The notes under the pieces are model-generated. The model saw only the letters and a program-made list of their open reading frames with translations. It was not told where the DNA came from and made no database searches. 12,662 bases of DNA from assembly GCA_024407725.1 (NCBI GenBank), contig JAKSVZ010000018.1, positions 1 through 12,662 on the forward strand. Reading direction: 5' to 3'. This stretch comes from Opitutales bacterium. Lineage in GTDB: Bacteria > Verrucomicrobiota > Verrucomicrobiia > Opitutales > UBA9783. The position numbers and the translations under genes are program-made. Positions 6,457-12,662 of this stretch are shown piece by piece. The first letter of the stretch is position 1, and every line of letters starts with the position of its first letter.

Positions 6457-8892
6457 ATGATTCTTTCTAAAGAAGCTTTGAAGGCGTCTATTCAGCGCCA
6501 TTTATATCAAACCATTGCGCGACCCATTCATGCTGCAACCAAGCACGATTGGTGGTTAGCGAGTTGTTATGCCATCAATGAGCATATTTTGCAGCATTTG
6601 ACGGAAAACCAAGCGATTCAAAAGCAAAAGGATGTAAAGCGTGTGTATTATTTCTCGCTTGAGTACCTGATTGGTCGCTTGCTCAACACCAATGTAGATA
6701 ATTTAAACCTTAAAGAGACGCTTATAGACGTTCTGAAAGATTTTGGGCAAGACTATGATCTGATTCGTCATGAAGAGTGTGACATGGGGCTTGGTAATGG
6801 TGGATTGGGGCGCTTGGCGGCGTGTTTTATGGATTCGCTGGCGACCCTTGATTATCCGGCGGTTGGTTATGGAATTTTGTATGAATTTGGGCTGTTTAAG
6901 CAAGCAATTCATGACTTGAAGCAGGAAGAATTGCCGGACAGCTGGTTAACCTTTGGCAATCCTTGGCGGTTGTTGCGCTCTGATCGTACACAAAGGGTGC
7001 ACATTGGTGGGCATTTGGAGTCTTATCAAACCGAAACGGGTGAGCAGCGGCAACGTTGGGTAGGAACAAAAACCATTTTGGGGGTACCTTGGGATATTCC
7101 GATTGTTGGGTACCATGGAACCACGGTTAATTATTTACGGTTGTGGGAATCGCGTGCGTCAGAAGATTTTGACCTCAAAGTGTTCAACGAAGGAGGGTAT
7201 ATTGAAGCGGTTCGCGATAAGGCTTATGGAGAAACCATTTCCAAAGTATTGTATCCGAACGATCGTATTGAAAATGGGAAAAAATTGCGTCTCATGCAGG
7301 AATACTTTTTTGCTTCCTGTTCGTTGCATGACATTATCCGTCGTTATAAGCGCGCGCATAATTCTTTTAACGAATTTGCGAAAAAGGTAGTAATTCAGTT
7401 GAATGATACCCATCCTGCAATTGCTATTCCGGAATTGATGCGCATTTTTATCGATGAAGAAGGCATGGATTGGCAATCTGCATGGGATTTATGCCGATCG
7501 GTTTTTGCGTATACCAACCATACCTTGTTGCCGGAAGCGCTCGAGCGTTGGAGCGTTCCGTTAATTCAGCAACTTTTACCGCGCCACCTACAGCTGATTT
7601 ACGAAATCAATCAGTGGGTGTTGGATAAAGAGGTGTCTGTAAAGTGGCCTGGCGATGACAATAAGCGCCAGCGGTTGTCATTGATCGAAGAAGGAAATCC
7701 GCAGTACGTTCGTATGGCATTTCTATCGATTGTGGGAAGCTTTTCGGTCAATGGGGTGGCAAAGTTACACACCCAGTTGCTTAAGGAGCAATTGTTCCCT
7801 GAATTTAATGAGCTATATCCCCATAAATTTAACAACAAAACCAATGGGGTAACGCCTCGGCGTTGGATTCAATCCATCAATCCGCGCTTGGCCACTTTTA
7901 TCACACGTACCTTGGGGCATGATCGTTGGTTAACGGATTTAGAGCAACTGAAACAGTTAGAAAAATATGTTGATTCCGATGAGCATTTGAATACCTATCG
8001 GGCGATTAAACAGGCCAACAAGCGGGATTTTGCTCAGTATCTTCAATCGGAGTGTGGTATTGAGGTAGACCCCACTGCTTTATTTGATGTACAAATCAAG
8101 CGCATTCATGAATACAAACGGCAGCATTTGAGCTTATTGTATGCACTCAAGCTGTATAGCGATTTATTGAACGGCAAACGTTCGACCGATTTCAAGCGCG
8201 TTATTATTTTCGCCGGTAAAGCAGCGCCAGGGTACTATTTTGCTAAGGAGATTATTTATGGTATCAATGTGTTGGCGCAGCATGTTAACCAAGATCCAAA
8301 GATCGAAGGAGCGCTCAAGGTGATTTTTGTTCCTAATTACAATGTGACCTTAGCCGGTAAAATCATTCCTGCAGCGGATTTGTCAGAGCAAATTTCAACG
8401 GCAGGTAAAGAGGCGTCAGGCACCGGTAATATGAAATTGGGGCTCAATGGAGCGTGTACCATTGGAACGTTGGATGGAGCTAATATCGAAATGCTCGATC
8501 ATGTGGGAAAGGATAACATCTTTATTTTCGGTCATACCGTTGAGGAACTGGATGCATTGCGCCGTAAGGGTTACCATCCGTACGATTATTATCGGGATAA
8601 TCCAACCCTGCATCAGTTGTTGGATTGGATGAACAGCGACTGTTTTATGCAGAACGGCCAATATCCTTTGCGGTCGATTCGAGATAACCTCTTGAATGGC
8701 GATCCATTCTTCGTACTGGCTGACTTTCAGGCTTATTGCGAAATGCAAGATACCTGCGAACGTATTTGGCAACAGCCCCGTTTGTGGACCCAAAAAGCTT
8801 GGCTTAATACCGCCCGCTTAGGTTATTTTTCCAGCGACCGTACCATCCGCGATTACGTCAAGGATATTTGGAAATTACAGGTGTTGCATTAA
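6457..8892 (+). CDS. glgP: Glycogen/maltodextrin phosphorylase (GT35)
   Basis: 811-aa ORF of the expected length. It carries the pyridoxal-phosphate Lys motif EASGTGNMKLGLNGA and other family blocks (LGNGGLGRLAACF, NDTHPA, TNHT). Confidence 0.95.
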   Translation: MILSKEALKASIQRHLYQTIARPIHAATKHDWWLASCYAINEHILQHLTENQAIQKQKDVKRVYYFSLEYLIGRLLNTNVDNLNLKETLIDVLKDFGQDYDLIRHEECDMGLGNGGLGRLAACFMDSLATLDYPAVGYGILYEFGLFKQAIHDLKQEELPDSWLTFGNPWRLLRSDRTQRVHIGGHLESYQTETGEQRQRWVGTKTILGVPWDIPIVGYHGTTVNYLRLWESRASEDFDLKVFNEGGYIEAVRDKAYGETISKVLYPNDRIENGKKLRLMQEYFFASCSLHDIIRRYKRAHNSFNEFAKKVVIQLNDTHPAIAIPELMRIFIDEEGMDWQSAWDLCRSVFAYTNHTLLPEALERWSVPLIQQLLPRHLQLIYEINQWVLDKEVSVKWPGDDNKRQRLSLIEEGNPQYVRMAFLSIVGSFSVNGVAKLHTQLLKEQLFPEFNELYPHKFNNKTNGVTPRRWIQSINPRLATFITRTLGHDRWLTDLEQLKQLEKYVDSDEHLNTYRAIKQANKRDFAQYLQSECGIEVDPTALFDVQIKRIHEYKRQHLSLLYALKLYSDLLNGKRSTDFKRVIIFAGKAAPGYYFAKEIIYGINVLAQHVNQDPKIEGALKVIFVPNYNVTLAGKIIPAADLSEQISTAGKEASGTGNMKLGLNGACTIGTLDGANIEMLDHVGKDNIFIFGHTVEELDALRRKGYHPYDYYRDNPTLHQLLDWMNSDCFMQNGQYPLRSIRDNLLNGDPFFVLADFQAYCEMQDTCERIWQQPRLWTQKAWLNTARLGYFSSDRTIRDYVKDIWKLQVLH

Positions 8893-9249
8893 AACCAGTA
8901 AAATTGGTTTGATAGTTGTTCAATTTTGGTTGTTATAAAATTTGTGGTACAAGAACAACCATTGTCTGAATTACTTTATCGCAAATGGCAACCCTTAAAA
9001 GCCTGTAAAGTGTTATTACCCCAGTTGTTTCGGTGTAAAAACATGGAGATTCGATATGCTATTTGGTATCGTTTACAAGATTACTTTCGTATATGATCAT
9101 GTTTAGATTTACATTATAATATCCAGAAGGTTTTAGAGGAGCAAAATACCCAGTATAAATCGCATGATTATGGGCAATCGTACTTTTATCAATCCTGTAA
9201 ACCGGCTAATATAAGCGGTTTTCGTAATACAGAAGCACGGATTGCGTCT

Positions 9250-9744
9250 ATGCAATTAGCCTCTTATGTAAAAGGAGCAAGGGTTATGGATATAGGCTGT
9301 AGTTTTGGTTTTTTAAGTATTGAGCTTGCGCGTTTTGCCGAATCTATAACAGGGTTTGATATCAATCCTTATTGTATCAGAATTGCGGATATAGTTGCGC
9401 ATTACCTACAGGTGAACAACACGCGTTTTTTGCCTATAACGTTTGAAGATTACCAGGAACAGGCTGAGTATGATGTTGTGCTATCTTTGGCGAACCATCA
9501 TACGTTTGACCAAAATACTCATCAATCATTACAAAGTTATTTTCAAAAGTGTGCGACTTATTTAAAACCTGGTGGATTGTTATTATTTGAGTCTCATGCA
9601 GTTTGCTATGAAACCCCTGAACAATTAGAAAAGGTTATTCAGGTTATAGCGCAATTTTTTGACATACGTGAGCGGCGAGTGCTGAACAAAGGTAATCGTG
9701 TCTCAGATAGAGGCCGTACCTTTTGCGTATGTGTTAAGAAATAA
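9250..9744 (+). CDS. Class I SAM-dependent methyltransferase (core; possibly N-terminally truncated or a pseudogene)
   Basis: Motif I VMDIGCSFGFL lies 13 aa after the ATG, followed by an acidic post-I residue (FD) and LKPGGLLLFE (motif IV-like). No SD precedes 9250. The same frame is open upstream to 8902 apart from one TGA at 9094 (see findings). Confidence 0.6.
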   Translation: MQLASYVKGARVMDIGCSFGFLSIELARFAESITGFDINPYCIRIADIVAHYLQVNNTRFLPITFEDYQEQAEYDVVLSLANHHTFDQNTHQSLQSYFQKCATYLKPGGLLLFESHAVCYETPEQLEKVIQVIAQFFDIRERRVLNKGNRVSDRGRTFCVCVKK

Positions 9745-9770
9745 AGCAAGTTGTAAGCTTGATTATAGAG

Positions 9771-9800
9771 TTGCTGTCGTTTTATCGGAATCGTTAAGAT
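9771..9800 (+). promoter_or_regulatory. Candidate promoter for kdsA (leaderless geometry)
   Basis: TTGCTG (9771-9776), an 18-nt spacer, then TAAGAT (9795-9800), with 6 nt to the A of the kdsA ATG at 9807. No SD. Hexamer match only. Confidence 0.25.
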
Positions 9801-9806
9801 AACATT

Positions 9807-10628
9807 ATGTCTATCTTTCATCCCGATAAATTTCTATTGATTGCGGGTCCGTGTGCTATTGAAACGGAGGCGGTTTGTGAACAAGTAGCGTCTGTGTTGG
9901 CGACGTTACAGCAACAGTACGCTTCCAAATTGGATGTTGTATTTAAAGCTTCGTTTGATAAAGCAAATCGGACGCAGGTAACCAGCGCGCGTGGGGTTGG
10001 AATGGAGCGTGGGTTGGCTATTTTAGCTGATATTCATACGCGTTATGCCTTGCCGGTTACTACCGATGTTCATGAAAGTCATCAGGCGGCAACAGTTGCC
10101 AAAGTATGCGCTATGTTGCAAATTCCTGCGTTTTTATGCCGGCAAACGGATTTGTTGCGAGCAGCGGCAGAAACGGGACGGTGTGTTAGTGTGAAAAAGG
10201 GGCAGTTTTTGTCTCCGTTTGATATGCGTTATGTAGCTGAAAAACTGCAGCATTTTCATGCCAAAGAAACGATTTTAATGGAGCGCGGTACTACGTTTGG
10301 CTATGGAAACCTAGTGGTTGATATGCGTGCGTTTGATATTTTGAAACAGACGCATTGTCCGGTAGTGTTCGATGCGACTCATAGCTTGCAATTGCCAGGG
10401 TGCGGTACGCAAACAACCGGCGGTGATCGTGGTTACCTTCCGTCTTTATCCAAAGCAGCTTTGGCTGCGGATGCAGATGGGCTATTTGTCGAGGTGCATC
10501 CTGACCCTGCATCGGCTTGGTCGGATTCAGCCACCCAACTGCCTTTAAATCAACTGCCGGCCTTGATGGAACAATGGCTCGCGCTGTGGGAATTGAACCG
10601 TACGTTGCCCAAAATTAACTTAGCCTAA
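9807..10628 (+). CDS. kdsA: 3-deoxy-8-phosphooctulonate (KDO-8-P) synthase
   Basis: 273 aa with KdsA blocks: LIAGPCAIE, FKASFDKANR, KKGQF, ERGTTFGY.NLVVDMR, FDATHSLQLPG. Confidence 0.93.
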   Translation: MSIFHPDKFLLIAGPCAIETEAVCEQVASVLATLQQQYASKLDVVFKASFDKANRTQVTSARGVGMERGLAILADIHTRYALPVTTDVHESHQAATVAKVCAMLQIPAFLCRQTDLLRAAAETGRCVSVKKGQFLSPFDMRYVAEKLQHFHAKETILMERGTTFGYGNLVVDMRAFDILKQTHCPVVFDATHSLQLPGCGTQTTGGDRGYLPSLSKAALAADADGLFVEVHPDPASAWSDSATQLPLNQLPALMEQWLALWELNRTLPKINLA

Positions 10629-10636
10629 GTTTTAAC

Positions 10637-11560
10637 GTGGATGTTGCTACGCGTATCGTTTTTTGTGCCTCATCGGAAATAGCCTTTCCTTGTTTGGATT
10701 ATTTGCAGAGTAATCCGGCGGTGCATTTATGCGGGATTTTAACGCAACCGAGCCGTGCGAAGGGTCGCGGGCAGGTTGTTAGCTTGAATGTAGTGGGGCA
10801 ATGGGCGCAGCAGCGTGGTATTCCTTTTTATCCTGCCGATCGAATGGACGAAGCAACCCTGCAGTGGGTTAGCGATTTATCGCCGGATGCAGTATTGGTG
10901 ATGGCTTTTGGACATATCTTGCCCCAACGCTTTTTGTCCATTCCACCGCTGGGTACGTGGAACCTCCATGTATCGTTATTGCCGAAGTACAGAGGGGCTT
11001 CTCCTATCCAAACCGCTTTGTTAAATGGGGATAGGGAAACAGGGGTAACCTTTATGCGTCTGGTGCCCAAATTAGATGCAGGGCCGTATTTATTGCAGGA
11101 AACCGTGTCGATTGAGCCTCAGGACACGAGTATTACCTTGGGCGAAAAATTGGCTCATAAAAGCGCGGAAATATTGGCAAAAGCACTTCCTTTGTTGACT
11201 CCATCGGTCAATTGCACTCCGCAGGTAGATAGCCAAGCAACGTTTTGCAAAAAGATTTCGAAAGCCGATGGTGCGTTGGATTTTAACCAACCGGCGGTTG
11301 TTTTAGAGCGCCAAATTCGTGCTTTTCAACCTTGGCCCGGTTTATACTTTTTTAAAGACGGAATACGGTATAAGGTGCTTCAAGCGCATTTAGCAGATGT
11401 AACGACTCATTGCCCACCCGGAACCTTTATCGTTAACGCTCAGCGCACAACCCTAACTCTTGCTACTGCCGATGGCTATTTGGCAATCGATCAGATTCAA
11501 AAAGCGTGCGAACGACCCATGTCCATCGTTGACTTTTTACGCGGGCATCCACAATTTTAA
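10637..11560 (+). CDS. fmt: Methionyl-tRNA formyltransferase
   Basis: 307 aa. The formyltransferase core is HVSLLPKYRGASPIQTALLNGD, with N-terminal RIVFCASSEIAFPCL and a C-terminal Fmt domain. GTG start 8 nt after the kdsA stop, suggesting an operon. Confidence 0.9.
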   Translation: MDVATRIVFCASSEIAFPCLDYLQSNPAVHLCGILTQPSRAKGRGQVVSLNVVGQWAQQRGIPFYPADRMDEATLQWVSDLSPDAVLVMAFGHILPQRFLSIPPLGTWNLHVSLLPKYRGASPIQTALLNGDRETGVTFMRLVPKLDAGPYLLQETVSIEPQDTSITLGEKLAHKSAEILAKALPLLTPSVNCTPQVDSQATFCKKISKADGALDFNQPAVVLERQIRAFQPWPGLYFFKDGIRYKVLQAHLADVTTHCPPGTFIVNAQRTTLTLATADGYLAIDQIQKACERPMSIVDFLRGHPQF

Positions 11561-11630
11561 CAAATAAAAAAACCGGGCAAAACTGTGTCTGGCTTGAAAG
11601 ACAAGGGGACATACCTCCCAATAAGCGTTT

Positions 11631-12575
11631 TTAGAACGTCCGTCCTACGCCCAAATAGATTTGGTCGGAATGCATGTTAGCGAGTTTATCGATCGTCATA
11701 CCATACATTTTGTTGTCAAACATCTGGTGCAGCCCGATATGGCGATAACCAACTTCAAATAATGTATCAAATTTCTCTGCCCGTAAAAAGAGCATGAAGT
11801 TATACAACAACGCTCCGGTATGGGCATACTTGCGATTTTGATTAGGCTTTAAACCACCGCCCCACCAAACGTAGTGTCGACGGAATATATTAACGATTAC
11901 AGAATCCAACACTTCCCATTTTTCCAAGGTTGAAAATTTGGTGCAAACATAAGCTCCGCCAATTCCTCCCCCGATACCAGCAGATAACCAATCCAAAAGG
12001 TACTGTTCCCAATAGATGTTGGTTTGTGCACCCACGATCCGTTGATTTTTTAGGTACATCGGAATAATATGAGCCATATGCACGTTGTTTACATCCTTAT
12101 ATTGTACCATAAGGAAATCTGGGCGTGGTAGATTCACATGATCCATATGATCGTGATGATCTTGTCCAGTACCTTCTACTAACCTAATCTCAACCAGTTC
12201 TCGGTTTTTGCTATCATAACGCGCATAAGCCCCTAGGATTTCTAGCTCGATTCCTAAAGCCCCTGTATCAAATACGTCGAAGCGTCGGCCTAAGGCTACC
12301 GATAGATTGTGATGATCTTTGTAATCAAAGCGTCCCTTGGTACACGTACCATCACGTACGAGGGTAGTAGCGTTATTCCACTCAAGGTTAGCATCAGCCA
12401 AAACACCCCACGCATTGGCCGTCCAGCTTGGCAAGGTTCCCTGCTGTTTATTTTGGCTAATATCGTCTGCTTTTAATTCGCCAAAGCCACTACGTACCAT
12501 GACGTAACCGTAACAGGGGGTTGTTATTCCTAAACTTAGGCTTAAGGCGCCTAATGCCATCCATCTATGGATCAT
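11631..12575 (-). CDS. Predicted outer-membrane beta-barrel protein, paralog B (uncharacterised family)
   Basis: 314-aa ORF with ATG 12575 preceded by the SD AGGAAGG. Signal peptide MIHRWMALGALSLSLGITTPCYG. It shares these blocks with paralog A: GYVMVRSGFG, SVALGRRFD.FD.GA.GIE.E.LGAY, KNQRI.GAQ.N.YWEQYLLD.LS.GIGGGIGGAY.CTKF, RAEKF.TLFEVGYRHIGLHQ and MHSDQIYLGVGRTF (C-terminal Phe). Confidence 0.8.
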   Translation of the reverse strand: MIHRWMALGALSLSLGITTPCYGYVMVRSGFGELKADDISQNKQQGTLPSWTANAWGVLADANLEWNNATTLVRDGTCTKGRFDYKDHHNLSVALGRRFDVFDTGALGIELEILGAYARYDSKNRELVEIRLVEGTGQDHHDHMDHVNLPRPDFLMVQYKDVNNVHMAHIIPMYLKNQRIVGAQTNIYWEQYLLDWLSAGIGGGIGGAYVCTKFSTLEKWEVLDSVIVNIFRRHYVWWGGGLKPNQNRKYAHTGALLYNFMLFLRAEKFDTLFEVGYRHIGLHQMFDNKMYGMTIDKLANMHSDQIYLGVGRTF

Positions 12576-12593
12576 GTTCCCTTCCTTTTTATC

Positions 12594-12662
12594 GGGAACC
12601 CTTATTGCGGGAACCCTTATTGCGGGAACCCTTATTGCGGGAACCCTTATTGCGGGAACCCT
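12594..12662. repeat. Perfect tandem direct repeat, 15-bp unit GGGAACCCTTATTGC x at least 4.6, truncated by the window end (gene-sense GCAATAAGGGTTCCC)
   Basis: Read directly: units at 12594-12608, 12609-12623, 12624-12638 and 12639-12653, plus a partial 12654-12662 running off the window. The array starts 18 nt upstream of the paralog B start codon. Confidence 0.97.

Noticed and set aside
690-8793. Short overlapping or antisense ORFs from the six-frame track: 690-980, 1065-1313, 1353-1577, 2056-2268, 2261-2527, 2459-2653, 2788-3048, 2822-3055, 2998-3204, 3059-3262, 3639-3866, 5695-5877, 6263-6470, 6703-6912, 7103-7390, 7159-7476, 7611-7844, 8416-8793, 8447-8632, 9639-9821, 10291-10512, 10828-11070, 11090-11290.
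   Set aside because: All lie inside or antisense to well-supported longer genes or cross the repeat. They have low-complexity or unrecognisable translations, and I saw no recognisable family motifs or convincing SD/start context supporting any of them.
8891-8960. Hairpins after glgP as a rho-independent terminator: AAACCA-7 nt-TGGTTT (8892-8910) and GGTTGTT-19 nt-AACAACC (8928-8960).
   Set aside because: The stems are short and AT-rich, the second loop is too long, and there is no proper U-tract. The second hairpin lies inside the possibly coding upstream frame of the methyltransferase.
11-9096. Possible TGA reassignment. None of the 12 called genes ends in TGA (11 TAA, 1 TAG), and in-frame TGAs sit just upstream of two ORFs with seemingly missing N-termini (11-13 and 9094-9096).
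   Set aside because: Long conserved genes (glgP 811 aa, helicase 412 aa, pntA 372 aa) have no internal TGA, and all their Trp codons are TGG, which is not expected under code 4 or code 25. Twelve stops is too small a sample for the TAA bias to be decisive. A genome-wide check for prfB and a tRNA with a UCA anticodon would settle it.
9094-9130. Selenocysteine insertion at the in-frame TGA of the methyltransferase frame.
   Set aside because: I could find no convincing SECIS-like stem-loop immediately downstream; only a short ATGT/ACAT pairing and the ATGATCAT palindrome are present. SAM methyltransferases of this type are not known selenoproteins.
12576-12662. The 15-bp repeat upstream of paralog B is stop-free in the gene frame, (AIRVP)n, and could be a coding N-terminal repeat.
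   Set aside because: No start codon is visible in the window. A strong SD and ATG followed directly by a signal peptide lie downstream. The homologous array of paralog A has a 16-bp unit, which is incompatible with a conserved coding role. This cannot be fully excluded without sequence beyond 12662.

Overview
Gene-dense bacterial chromosomal window, roughly mid-40s % GC by hand counts on sample lines. Most of it is housekeeping: an HD-domain hydrolase, an S4/pseudouridine synthase, folD, an RDD-family membrane protein, a DEAD-box RNA helicase (minus strand), a pntAA-type transhydrogenase alpha (dI) subunit, glgP, a small class I SAM methyltransferase, kdsA and fmt. kdsA implies a diderm with Kdo-containing LPS. 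The lineage cannot be fixed without a database search; the gene mix and Cys-containing outer-membrane paralogs are loosely reminiscent of environmental Chlamydiae/PVC bacteria (low confidence). The main signal is two paralogous minus-strand genes (5426-6280 and 11631-12575). Each encodes a predicted outer-membrane beta-barrel protein with a signal peptide and a C-terminal Phe, and the two share conserved scaffold blocks separated by strongly divergent segments. Each gene is preceded, just 5' of its Shine-Dalgarno site, by a perfect head-to-tail tandem repeat: 16 bp x 3.75 at 6296-6355, and 15 bp x at least 4.6 at 12594-12662, cut by the window end. The two repeat units are homologous, each carries an SD-like AAGG core, and on the + strand they give regularly spaced G-runs. 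I read this as a family-specific repeat-based expression-control or phase-variation module, possibly combined with gene conversion between paralogs; this is untested. Secondary observations: the methyltransferase sits in a lower-GC islet and is preceded by about 115 open in-frame codons broken by a single TGA; pntAA has no pntAB/pntB partner in the window; few genes have an SD, and two have promoter-like hexamers placed for leaderless or near-leaderless mRNAs. No tRNA, rRNA, CRISPR array or recognisable mobile element was found.
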